Shown: one piece after another, positions 1 to 12,660 of the stretch
How positions within the stretch are numbered: the stretch's first letter is position 1
Layout of the letters: every line of letters begins with the position of its first letter
DNA from: the human T2T-CHM13v2.0 reference genome, Homo sapiens
DNA: 64,000 nt
NCBI RefSeq assembly: GCF_009914755.1
Contig: NC_060937.1
Reading direction: 5' to 3' (one strand)
Position numbers and translations under genes: made by a program
The notes under the pieces: model-generated
Told to the model about the DNA's origin: nothing
Database searches by the model: none
The model's input: the letters and a program-made list of their open reading frames with translations, nothing else

Positions 1-82
1 CTAAATTTATGAAATCTTCCTAGATTAAAAGAAGTCAGGGTTGGAGGAGGACAGCAGAAAAAGCTCTATTTTCCCATTAAAA

Positions 83-334
83 TCAAATCCTTCCTCTTGC
101 CATTTTTGGACATGGAAGTTTTCTGACATATGCTGTTCTCTCCTCTCCCACTTTGGCAACCACTCTTCTCCTTCCCTTGGTGTCCCCTGGCCTGGACATC
201 ACAGCCTGGCTGGGTGGCCATGATTGTGCTAGAGGTCCCGGGGTCACAGGGTGCTCCAGAAAGCATCCACATGGAGTCCTGGACCCTGGATTCAACTGCG
301 TGGTGGTAGAACTCATTGTTTCCAGGACATGCTG
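83..334 (-). other. Candidate spliced exon (lncRNA or de novo ORF); downstream end not defined
   Basis: Minus-strand acceptor ctctattctgtcttag|CAG|CATG (NAGNAG) at 335-337. GC-richer unique sequence, with a frame open from 334 to the stop at 83-85. Confidence 0.3.
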
Positions 335-1759
335 CTAAGACAGAATAGAGCAGCCAATAAAGTATATCATCTACCAGCTTCCACATTTTATTTAGCAGAC
401 TTTTAAAAGTATTGAAAGCATGAACAGTGTTGCCTGTTAATGCTTTCTGTTAATAGGGAAAATTAACCCTGATAACTAGCAGATACACAAATACCTGGGA
501 AAAGCATGGGAATCATTTTTTCTTTAAAATTGGAGTTGTATTGTTTTTAGCCATTTTGATATTCCCTGCTGGTATGTTTCATGCAGTTCTCAAGAACCAC
601 ATCCATTAAAAATAACTTGAAAACAGAATTATTGTCACATAATTCACCTATTATGTATTATAATTTTAAAGATTCAAAAAACAAAAAATGTTAGCAAATT
701 AACAGTAAAGAAATTTTTAAAAGGGAACTGTATTTATCTACATTTTCTAATGAAGAGATAATGATACCATTATTAGTTGTAAAAAGACACTCTCGTTTTA
801 CAGAGGCTCAATGAACATGTTTACAATTGAAAGACTATTAGCTCAACTAAAGACTATGCTTTTTTGGCTAAGTATGTTTTAGAGATTTTAGAAACAAAAT
901 TAACTTACATAAATCATTAAATATTAATTTAGAATTTTAACTTGATTTTTAACTTTGATATTTATATATTATTTAATGTGTCTACTATCTCAACTTAAAT
1001 GACTTAATTCATCTAAATTAACAAAACATATAACCCCCTCCTCACTTGTTGTGATACTACATATTTGGTTGAGTAATTTCTTTTCATTGAAAAATTGATT
1101 ATGTTGGTACTATATAACTATCATATGTCTTACAGTAACAAGACTTTGCAAATGAAATGTACTAAGATATTTCATTCTTGAAGAATGTTCAACTGTGTTT
1201 GAAGGTGGAGATAAATTCCAGTGACTCTTTTCATAACAGCACATAAAATTCATTCATCAGTTCCTTAGGGGACAAATGTTTCCTTTTTGTGTCCAAGGGT
1301 AATAGACCTGAATAGAAAACTAATGAAATAGAAATTGCTTTGTCCTACAGCCAAAAAAGACCTTTAGAAGGTATGTAGCGGATTTATCACCAGTGCTGGA
1401 AAAACACACAATTAAGGCCTCTTCAGCATTTGAGTCTTCGGTTAAAGGTTAAAAAGACCTTTAAAGATCTTCAAAGCAGAAAACCCTGCAGAAGCCTGTC
1501 AAGATAATCGTATTTTCATGTGTTTTGTTTTGTTGTCATTGTTGTTTTTCGTGTGTGGATTTTAATATCTCATACCACAGTTAAACCATAATTACTCATG
1601 CTAAATTCTCCATATCACCAGCTCAAGAAATATAATCTGTTTCAGAACTTAGAAAACAATACAAAGTATCATACAAACTGATCTTGACAATGTCATCACC
1701 TCATTACCAAGTTTCGTAGTGAATTCTCAGTTATCTTACTAGAGCTATTGGCATGATTT

Positions 1760-2600
1760 TCACAATTGATCCCTTCTTATTTCATGCACTTTCTTCATTT
1801 GGCCTCCTGGATACCACAGTGTCCTTTCCTTTCTCCCACCACTTCAGGTACTTTTGCTCATTCTCTGTTACTTATTCTCCTCAACTCCTTAACTTCTAAC
1901 CTCTTCTCTCTCTTCACTCCCTCCTTTGTGACTGCACCCACTACCATAGCTTCAGACATCATCTGTGTGCTGATGACTCCCAAATGTATACCTCTAGCTC
2001 AGAAATCTCCACCATAGTCCAAGCCCATATGTGTACCTTTGGCTTGGCACCTCTGGTTAATATTTAATAGACATCTCAGAAAACCACCTGACATTTTCTC
2101 CATCAAACCTGCCTCCCACTCTCCCATTCCCAAAGTCGTCTTCATTTCAATTAGTGAGGACTCCATTCTTCCAGTTTGCAGGACAAACCTAATGAATAGC
2201 CTCTACACTTCTTTCTTTCACATATACAAAATCTGTCCACTTATCTACTGTGTTGGTTCTACCTTCCGGTGAGACTTACAACCCAATGGCTTCTCATCAC
2301 CTTCCATCACTTTGTACAAGCCCCTCTCCAGCCTCACCTGGATCATCACATTAGCTCCTAACTGATCTCTACTGACACTCTTGCTACGCTTTCCTCAGTC
2401 TATTTTCAACACAGTGTCAAGTAAGACAGGTCGTGTCCCTCTTCTAAGCATAACCCTCCATTGTTTCCTATTTAATGCAAAGGAAAAGCCAACACCTATG
2501 GTGACGCCCTCTAAGGCCTTATCTGATCTGCCTTCCTCACCGCCACTCCCCAACTTCAGTCTATGAACCTCTGTCCCATCATTCAGAGAAAATGACTTCT
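1760..2600 (+). mobile_element. L2 LINE fragment (old, diverged)
   Basis: Pyrimidine-rich; 'gatgactcccaaatgtatacctctagc...tttaatagacatctcag' resembles the L2 3' consensus. Confidence 0.7.
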
Positions 2601-3125
2601 CTCCTATTCTACTCATCTCCAAGTTTCCCTGGTTTTTCATACTTTTACACAAATACAAACACAAGGAAATGTTTCTCTTCAATGCATTCTGTGGAGTTTT
2701 AATACCCACATAGCTTGTTTTTCTTTTTCTACATTGTATTCTTTTAATCCAGTGAGATACTATACATTCATCCTTTTTTAATTTGACCCAAGCACGTTTT
2801 TCTGTAAGTACTACTGCAGTTTTCCCAGGGTACCTTGAATTTGGTGTGTCTCTGCCCAGGGGTTTTTGTCCTCTTCTTCACATCCTACTCCAGCTCTTTG
2901 GTTTCAACTGTTGATCATACAAACCACTCAGAACAACACGTAATAATGATGGGAAAGTGAAACAAAAAAAAATGTCAAAATTTCCAACAGACAATATGGT
3001 ACTTAAAAGCAAACATATAATGGTTACTATAAGAGGATAAAAAAATTAGCTTTGAACTCCCTAATATCATTGTAAGGGAAACATTTGACTAGTTAGGTCA
3101 TTCCAATTTTCTTACTGTAGAAGAA

Positions 3126-3240
3126 ATGTCTGTACTCAAGATTAATTTTTTTCTTCTATTTAGCACTGATATTCTGTAGAAGCCACATCTATACTCAAGG
3201 TTTATTTTTTCCTTATACTTAGCACTGATACTCTACATGT
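3126..3240. repeat. Diverged tandem duplication, ~59-bp unit x2
   Basis: tactcaag...tagcactgata occurs twice, 59 bp apart. Confidence 0.75.
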
Positions 3241-3741
3241 AATATTTAAAGGGAGCTTTAACAAGCAGCCAATGAGATTTATCATTGTGTTTGTTTCAGG
3301 AGTGTTGAGAATGTCTCTAAAGGCATTAGACAATAGACAATAGAAGACTTACATTGTCAGTATCATGATAGTTCTTACTCTTAGGCAATAGTTTTGTTTT
3401 TGTTTTTTACAATACAGGCACTGTAAGTATTGTACCTAACCAGTTTCCATATTAGCTTTTGCTACAATGAAGCTTAAAGACAAATTTGTCAGTCCTGTCT
3501 AATAAATATATAGTATTTCATGGCATGGTAATTCTACAGAAAATATATTTCCCCCTCTCCATTTCTGCTCTCAATTCTGAGTAAACTATAATTGGATGCT
3601 TTACTATGAAATATGTTGTTCTTTTATATTATTTTTCATATTTTATCTCATCTTGACATGTTTGTGTCTTGTAAGTTGTCTTAAATGCTTTCAAAAATAT
3701 GGGAAATAAAAGAAAAATATACAAAGGGACACCGAATAATA

Positions 3742-5024
3742 TGAGGGGACTTCAAAAAGTTTATGAAAAATAAAATTAAAAGATAAAAATGAAAAAGATA
3801 AACTTTATTTTTCAACATGAGCTCCATCAAGGTCAAGACACCTTTGTAAGTGATGATGCCAGCCATTTAGTCCATATCTAAAGAACAGAGGGTCCTGGGA
3901 ATTTAACCATATCAATGCAGTCTTTGGCACATTATTAACTGAATAAAACTTGATGTTCTTTAAAGATTTTTTTAAAATTAGGAAACAGAAAGAAGTCACA
4001 AAATGCCAAATTAGATCTGTAAAGTAGATGTCTAATAATCTCCCATGAAAACTCTTGCAAAATTGCCCTTGTTGGATGAGAGGAATGAGTAAGAGCATTG
4101 TCATAGTGAAGAAGGACTCTGTGGTGAAGTTTTTCTGGGCATTTTTCTGCTAAAGCTTTGGCTAACCTTCTCAAAACACTCTCATAATAACCGGATGTTA
4201 TTGTTCATTGACCCTCTAGAAAGTCATCAGGCAAAATGTCTTGAGCATGCCAAAAAACTGTTGCCATGATCTTTGTTCTTATTGGTGGTCCACTTTTGCT
4301 TTGACTGAAACATTGCCACCTCTCGGTAGCCATTGCTTTGATTGTGCATTGTCTTCAGGATCATACTGGTAAAGCCATGTTTCATCTCCTGTGACAATGC
4401 TTCAAAGAAATATTTGGGGATCTTTATTACACTTGTTTAACATTTCCCTTCAAAGTTCTCTTTTTGTCTGCAGCTAATATAGGTGCCACCGTTTCGGCAC
4501 CCACGGGGTGGAAAGTTTGCTCAACTTTAATTTTTCAGCCAGAACTGTGTAAGCTGAACCTATTGAGATGGCTATGGCCTTGACTATTGTTTTGACTGTT
4601 AATTGTGGTCCTCTTCAATTAGGACAAACGAGATTAATTTTATCTTCAAAAATTGATGTGGATGGCCTGCCACTGCAGGCTCAGCTTCCACATCATCTCA
4701 TTCCTTCTTAAAATGAGTTATCCATTGTTAAACTGCTGATTTATTTGAAGCATTGCCCCCATAATTTTTTTGTAAAGTATCAATAATTTCACGTTTTGAT
4801 CCAAGATTCGCCATAAATTTGGTATTAGTTCGTGCTTCAATTTCAGCAGATTCATGTGGTTCTTTTCAAACTGATGTCTTATCATTCTCAGTGCCTCAGA
4901 CTAGATCCTGTTCAGGTATGTTAGAGCAAGTTAATATGAGTTTCTTTTAGTGAAAAACAATTTTGAACCATGCATAGCTTTTTACATAATATGCATTTTC
5001 CACGAACTTTTTGAAGACCCCTCA
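3742..5024 (-). mobile_element. Full-length Hsmar2 (HSMAR2) mariner DNA transposon, transposase inactivated
   Basis: TIRs tgaggggacttcaaaaagtt... and ...aactttttgaagacccctca, flanked by TA (3740-41, 5025-26); length 1283 bp. Minus ORF 3935-4174 contains HYDNALTH and YRSNLAFCDFFLF (decayed mariner HDNA..H and YSPDLAPxD motifs). WVPK motif near 4500. Confidence 0.92.
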
Positions 5025-6281
5025 TAGAAACAATTACACTATTTCAAATAATTATACTCATGCATTTTTTAGATTTTTATAGTTTCATATTGATCCCAAT
5101 TCTCCTTCCACCTAATTTAATTGCTCAATAAATGCACCCTCAATTAATAAACAGATACCCAACAATTTAATTGTATTTAACCTTGTATGTAATTACCATA
5201 AACGACATTTTAAAGTTGGAGAGTCAATATAAATTTTATGAGAACCCCAATACCCATAAACACACTAAAAATTAAATGCTGATATGTCCTGAAAATATTT
5301 ATATCCTTCAAGTCACCAAATCCTCCTATAAGAGGAGATCCTATCAACACCACCCCCACTAAAAAGTTTTACTTCATATAATTTTAAAATACAAGTCAAA
5401 AGGAAAAGAGGCCCCCAAATCAATGTTCTTTTGGTTATTTAAAATTTAAAAAGCTGAATATTTGATTTTCATTTATTTATGTCACTAAATGGTTTAGGCC
5501 TCATTTTCCTCACTAATTATGTGAGCATTCAAACTAAATGATTTCTAAGGTTCTTAAAGCATATCTGAAGGTAGAGAAGTAGTATGAAGGAAAGTGCAGT
5601 GTTAATATTCTTGGTCCAACAGATATGTTTTCCGAGTTTAAAGTCACATTTTAAATTCAATTCTTCTAATTTGCTTCTAGAAAAAAACGAATGCCATCCA
5701 TTATAAACAAAGTTAATTTGTGTAACTTCTACAGAGATCAGAAATTAAATCCCTACAAAACATTTGGGCTGCTATAATAGTTTCACAGCAAAAGAGGCAC
5801 CTAATGAAACCACTATACAAGCATAGAAGAGCATTCAAATTTTTGAAAAATCTTCTCTCCATATAATGGAAAATATTTTCTTATTTCTTAAAATGGCAAA
5901 AAGTACACGAACCACTTTCTTGTTATATATTTATCTCTACATATATCTGCATACCCAATTTAATTAACATATTTACAATGGAAAAATATGTGTCCATGTG
6001 CAAATTTATATCAATTATTTTTTAAGTAGAAATGATGTGTCCCAAACTTCACTGAAAACTTATATATTGGTAGTTCAAGTAGTTTCCAGTCTATTTTGAA
6101 ATAAGCCCTTTCAAAAGTCACTGGACTATGGTAAGGCATATATCACCTAACAATCCACCAAATAAAATAAAAACAAATATTCCATTTTTGCCTACCCAAA
6201 GAATAAACATGCAGGGTTTAAAGATGGGAAAATAGTATGTAATTCTCTGTTCTGAACTTTCCATCTCAACTACTAACTCAC

Positions 6282-6466
6282 TTCTGAGGTTTGGAAAGTC
6301 CCTGATCCTTTCTTTCCTTCCGTATCTTGATGAGGCCCCAAACTCAGGTAGTTTTGCTCCTGTTGTCCTGCTTGTGGGTGAGTACAGGGATCCGAAGAGC
6401 TGGTGGTGCCTCTTATCTTCCTATCCTGAGAGTCACTCAGCTTCAACTTCTCTAGGGAACCCACTA
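6282..6466 (-). other. Candidate internal exon (185 nt)
   Basis: Acceptor aatgtttctcag|TAG (6467-69) and strong donor GAA|GTGAGT (6281-6276); one frame open throughout; unique sequence. Confidence 0.35.
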
Positions 6467-9199
6467 CTGAGAAACATTTTGCAAGCAGAAGCTAGTTGGT
6501 TCTTCTGTTTGTCTGATACCTAGATAAGTAAATCTTCCTTTGTTTGTTTCAATATTTGCAATATTCATGATGAATAATTATATTTCTTAGGGGTTTCTGA
6601 GTTAATGATGGCATTCTCTCTTCCATACCCTAGAACTTACACAACAGCATACACTAAACTCAGGAGCAACTCTGTCCTATGATATCTGAGATGTGCTCAT
6701 GTAGAGTCCAGGCCTCTCTGCCCTATGAGACTCCATCCATGAAATACTCTATTATAAATCTAATAGCTTTTCATTTATAATTTAGTTATGGTTCATAACC
6801 TGCCTCAGAGAAACAGCATGAAATTTAATGAGATCAGACCTAGGGGACGCTGTGAGCTTCATAGAAGACAGACAGCCCATAAATATTGTACCAAGTATTA
6901 GAATGATCTCCTAAGTTTTCAACACATCTTAAAAAAAAGATACCTTCGAAATCAGAAATCAGTAAACCATCCTCAAAAATTCTTGCTTTTAGACTTTGCT
7001 ATTAATACTTATACACTTTTGCAAAACTTAATTACATAATACTGATATTAAGCTTTTTGTACATTCTTACTTATATTTATTTATATAATCAACATTTTGC
7101 TGATAATCTACATGCTGAACATTACCCTAGGCCTAATACACAGAAGAAAGGAAGAAAGGAAGGAAACTGATGTGATTCTAGTTTTCAGGAGAGACTCAAT
7201 ATAATTGAGAAATGCTAGCCATAGCTTTATTTAGATATAATTTTTGCATATGAAAACACTTTATCCAGTTATAACCAGTAATCAGAATTTACTCTTAATA
7301 GTCATTGCTTATGATTGTGCAGAATTGCAGCACACGCTTGAAAACTAGAAAATGTGAAACTCAGAATGCTACTGTAAAACTGCTAAGTTCCATCTTTCAT
7401 CCAAATAAAAAAACGGGAACACGTGATTGTAAGCTCATGCCATTAACAGAGCAAACCAATTCAATACAACATAAATGAGTCATAGGGACCTGCTAAAAAT
7501 ATTGGATTCTCTGAAGAAGCACGGAGCCACTGGGAGAACAATCAAACATCTGTTATTTACAACAGGTTCACAAGCAGAGCTTGTGTGAGCTCATCACAAA
7601 GGTTCACCAACACAACCACATTTTTCAGAGATGAACCGCATGAGAGCATATTTTTCTTCCTTATTTCAATAGTGTTTTCTGTTGATGTTCATGTGCTCAT
7701 TGTAGTAACTAAAAAATAAGCAAGCAGTCCCTTGGCTCTTTTCTGAAGAAAAGCTAAGTGCGAGGGCTTTGGAAGACACTGCAAGCCAGAACAAACGCAA
7801 CTGCCTAGAGTCCTATTTCAGCATCCACCCTCCCACTTTCCAGCCCTGCACTGTTTTATTATTCTCTCTGGGTCACGGAATTATATGGATAATGATGCTG
7901 CAAATCCTCCCTTATGAAAGCTCGACTCAACCGAAATGATGTTTGGAATTATTTGGCTTCACTCTATAATTTTTAATGATTCACAGAAAATGCCAAATAG
8001 TCACTCTTAAACACCTTCAGAAAATGCATCCTTTCTACTTCACCATCTACTGTTGCAGTGATATGTTTATGCTTTTAGTTCAGAGTCACATTAAAATTAC
8101 TGAAAAGGTTAGTAAGATTGTCTCCAGAGAATTTGCTGGTGTGCGTAAAGGTGAATTCATTATACAGAAGAATGTACTAAAACAGGCATCAATTAGGTGA
8201 ATTTAAATGTGGTCTTATTGACGAGTAAAATAGTCCTACCGGTAAAACTGTTCTTTTATATACACTACGTACACAAACATGACACACAAGTACACACACA
8301 CACAGGCACACACATACAAGAACTTAGGAAGGGTCGTAGTATCTCACTGATCTTATTTTCAAGAAAAGGGAACATAAGGGACTTAAGTGAGACCTCTCAG
8401 AAAGATGGGCTAGAGTTCAGTCCCCCTTTCTTATGGAAATCAGTGATAAGACTATCTTTTCTCGAGGCTATAATAGTAAATGAACTAAAGTATGTAAATG
8501 TCCAACATCTCTCCTGAGACATGGAAGGTGTTACATCCACAGAGGCCAGACATAGCCTGGTTGTTTTGTTTTGAGACTCTTTACTATCATTGTAATATCC
8601 CATGGGCCACGTATAATTTCTTACCAGCTCTTCTAGATTACAGGGCCCAGATCTGTTCAATATTCTTCACAACCACTGATGGTATTCCTTGTTACGGTCT
8701 GAGGAGCATTTATGGCACAGTGCTGCTCATATTGAGATTACAGCCTAAAAACCCTAAGACGTTTTCTGAAAATTATTGTTAAGCAAGGTCTCCTATACTT
8801 GCTTAAGAGTAATACCCAGTGCTGGTAGAGTTAAAATTTGGAAGTGAGATTTTCAACTACACAGCCAGTCAAGACATTTTTGGGTCTTGAGATTCCATTG
8901 TCTAGCCTCTTCTCCATCCTTTCGAGTTCTCTTATGGACAATACACCTAGGATCATTTCCCAGCTCTGTTGATTTTTAATTCTGTCACTTTGAATCAGTC
9001 ATTGAATCTCTCAGATGTGCAACTTCCTTATCAATCGAAAATGTTGTATGTTCAACTCAAATTTTAATGGAGTAGAACAAAAGTAAATAAAATTTTCACT
9101 CACATTTTATAAAATTATTATTTAAAACAATGAATAATAAGTACTTAAAATAGTGAAGAAAATTTGAGGAACATGGAAGTGGTACTTTCTTAAGATAAT

Positions 9200-9760
9200 A
9201 ATATATCTTGTGAACTCATAATTAAAATATTGGCACCAGTAAATAAATGGGCAGAAAGATCCATGATAAAGAATACAGATGATAAAAACAGAAAGAATTA
9301 CACAGGGGAGTTTTTCATATAACAAAAATATATTTAAAAGCAGAAGGAAAGATGGATTATTCAAAGTTGGGGCTGGGACAACTGGATAATCATTTAAGAA
9401 TGAAAAAGAGTCAGATCTATAGCTCATAAGCATAGTCTCTTACACTGCATTAAATTAGTAATGTAAAAATGATTGGAAGAAAATCAATGTACATAGTTTT
9501 ATATAAGCTGCATGGGAAAGGCCTTTGGAATCTAATATCAAAGGTAGAAACAACTACACAAAAGACTGATGAACGTTACATAAAGTTAAAACTTTTATAT
9601 AAAAACATACTTTAAAAGTTAAAAAGTAAATATTTGCCACATATAGGTGAACAAAAGACTTTATTTTGGAGAATAAATTAAATATGGTAATATACAAGAT
9701 CAGAAAACCCACAAAAATAAAACAACCAATGACAAATAATTACATGAAAAATGTGCACAC
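9200..9760 (+). mobile_element. Old L1M (ORF2 3' region) fragment
   Basis: 'ggaaagatggattattcaaagttggggctgggacaactggataatc' matches an L1M ORF2 motif; A-rich. Confidence 0.65.
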
Positions 9761-11532
9761 ACAGTACAGTAGTGAAGCAGGACAGGTTAGGTTGATGCAA
9801 CATTTCTTGTTCAGAAGACTGTCCTATGCCTGGAAGAATATATATTAAAATGTGAGTAGCTTCCTGTTGATAGCAAAGGTGTTTTTTACTGTAATTTCTA
9901 AGCTTTTATTTTCCAAGAGACATAATGGTTTTCACAATAAAAACAAAAGAAATCCTACTTCTATTACAGGGGTAAAATTGCCTTTAAAAAAAAATCTACC
10001 TCATTGGTTCGTAAGAATGAAAATCAGAAAAGGCTGTGAAAGCCCTAACATGTTCGGAGAACGTGAGCTCTCTGTTTTCCTGGACACTCCGGGATCCGCA
10101 TGAGCAGGTATTCATCAATTAACACTCTGTTGAGTCCACCAACCAGCTATGAAGCATCTTTAAGCCTATTATCCAATCCACTTCTCTCCAATCCTTCCAT
10201 AAAGGTGTCATGAGACTTTCTCAAATAGCTTGCCATAATAGAGGAAGATTGACTATTATAGCTATTACACTTTCAATCTAATAATATCTCACACATATTC
10301 GTCAAGGCGTTTACCTTTGAGAAACTGATGCAACATGTATTGTCTTAGAATGCTGCGGTTCAGGTCTTATCCACAGAGTCTAGCATAGGGTAGCACATAG
10401 GGGAGGTGCTCCCTGTAGACACGGTGGTGAAAACACAGTCCTAATATCAACTATAGTCAGGCCTGCCTCATCCTCAGCACCACTGTGTAGAAAGAAAACT
10501 GATATCAGAGAAGATACTGGGCGAGAAGAGAGTCAAGGCTGCCCAGCTGGGAAACTTGGTTATAGCTAACATAACCCTTAGCAGAACAGGCAATTATTGC
10601 CTTTTTAAAATCTGTGATTCTTTCACATTATTCTTTTTCTCATTATTTCAACAATTTCTTCTCTTTACTATAATCATCACCAGTATTAGCAAACAGCAAT
10701 TCTGTCAATACTTTGACTCCTTCACAAACTCCCTACTTAAACTCCAGTGACCTAAGATGATTTTAAATTATCTGAGGTAAAACATTTTCCAAGGTCACTA
10801 GTGACCTGCGAACTGTGGACTTTGTTGTCCCCAACACGATGCTCATCAATGTTTGACATCAGTTACTACCTCATCTTCGCCTTTTTCTCCCCGCGCCCCC
10901 ACCGCCCAATACTTCCCTTTTCTTTCATTGGTTCTCCCTTTGTTCCTTCACATGGAGATGTATTTATTCCCCCAAATCTAGATGCTCACTTCTAACTCAA
11001 GAGTGTCAACAGCAAATGCACACCCATATCGAACAACAAAGGTACCTATAGCAACTACACCAAAAACACCTTTTCTGTTTCCTCTCCTTTCTGTATGGGT
11101 GCGGCTGCATGTTTGGGCTTTGATCTTGTGTTCTAAAGACTTTCCAATAGCTTATTACTATGACTCCTTTTCCTTCCCCTTCTCTTTCCTCCTGTCTTCT
11201 CCTCTGCTGTTAAAGGATTAATTTAATGAGATTTAGTTCTCAGGGGAAATGCTTTAATGAAATTAGTAGAGGAAAATAAACAACCACAAAATAGCCTGAT
11301 GCACCATACCCCTCTTATAGCCAGGGATTGGAGCTTGTCCCAGGGAGGCAATGCAGTTGCTGTCTTCTGGAAGGTAGAGGGGCTGTTGTGTTTACCACAG
11401 GAGAATTTTAGTGATTGTGCTCAACTTGACGATATGGTGCTATTCCTATTCTCTCAGGATCAAGCTATGAAAAAGAATCCATGAGCTCAGATCATAGCGT
11501 TTTCCAACTAAAATAAATAAATAAAAATAATC

Positions 11533-11812
11533 AGGGATGGGAAGAGCTTTGTTAAAGGATGCGCAACTGCAGCTAGATACAAGGAATTGGTTCTATGTTC
11601 TACAGCACTGTAGGGTGACTATAGCTAGCAATAATATCTAGTTTCAAACAGCTAGAAGAATAGTGAATGTTCTTGACATGAAGAAATGATACATGTGAGA
11701 TGATGGAGATATTAATTGCTCTGATGTGATCACTATACATTGCATGTATCAAAACATCACTAGGTACTCCATAAATATTTATAATTACTATGTGTCAAAA
11801 ATTAAAAAAATA
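11533..11812 (+). mobile_element. L1MA 3' UTR fragment
   Basis: 'cagctagatacaaggaat...gtgatcactatacattgcatgtatcaaaacatcac...' followed by an A-rich tail. Confidence 0.75.
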
Positions 11813-12499
11813 ATAGTAATAATGAAGAAGAAAATGAGGTGAGGGTCACAGAAGACGTCATTCAGTTGTACTTGTTGGATCTGGTCCACTTGAAGAAGCA
11901 GAAGGCACAGATGACTTAAGTGTTCTCCCCACACCAAGGGCCGGCTCCACATGAGCTGGGCAGCAGCTATTAAGTGTTCTCCAAAACACATTTACAGTTC
12001 TCTTTATTACTGGCCCAAAGACAAGAGCAACACCAAACCATCACTTAATTTTCACTTCAAGTTCCAGCATAGATTTTAATATCTAATCTGATTTCCTGGC
12101 TTTGCCTGCTCCTTAGCCCTAGTGTGATCAATGGAAAGGTTAAAAAAAAAAAAAAGTCTAAACAAAATCCCTGCCTCCATGTTCTCTGCTAGCCTACTGT
12201 CCTGCATTGCAGTCCAGATATAACCCACAAACAAAATAGGGTGCACACATAACTTTTCCAAAATCTGCATTATAGTAAATTCTATTATCCAAAACACAAG
12301 CATGCTATCAAGCATCTTAAACAAACCAAACACTCCAGCCTCTTTTCCATTTCATCCTGAGTGCATCCTATTACTTAGCCCTCGCTGGATCACTCACAGG
12401 TCTTTGAATATGACCTGTGCTTTCATGACTATAAGGTTTTGTTCATGCTGTCTCCTCTGAACCTTATGCCCTTCTTTTCAATTGACTTCTATTGGGAGA

Positions 12500-12660
12500 T
12501 TGGCATTTATTCATTATTTTTTCTTAAATAGCATTTATTGAGTCCATTCTACTTGCCATGCAATGTGGTAGGCCCTGTGCCTGTCCTCAAGGGGCTGAGA
12601 CTCCAGACTGGGAAGAGGCTCATTAAGGAAACAATCACACATCTACAATATACACTACAA
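12500..12660 (-). mobile_element. L2 3' end fragment
   Basis: 'atttattcatt...gcatttattgagt...cctgtcctcaaggggct' is a typical reversed L2 tail. Confidence 0.5.

Noticed and set aside
7420-7482. E-box CACGTG and AP-1 TGAGTCA close together
   Set aside because: Short motifs like these are expected by chance in 64 kb.
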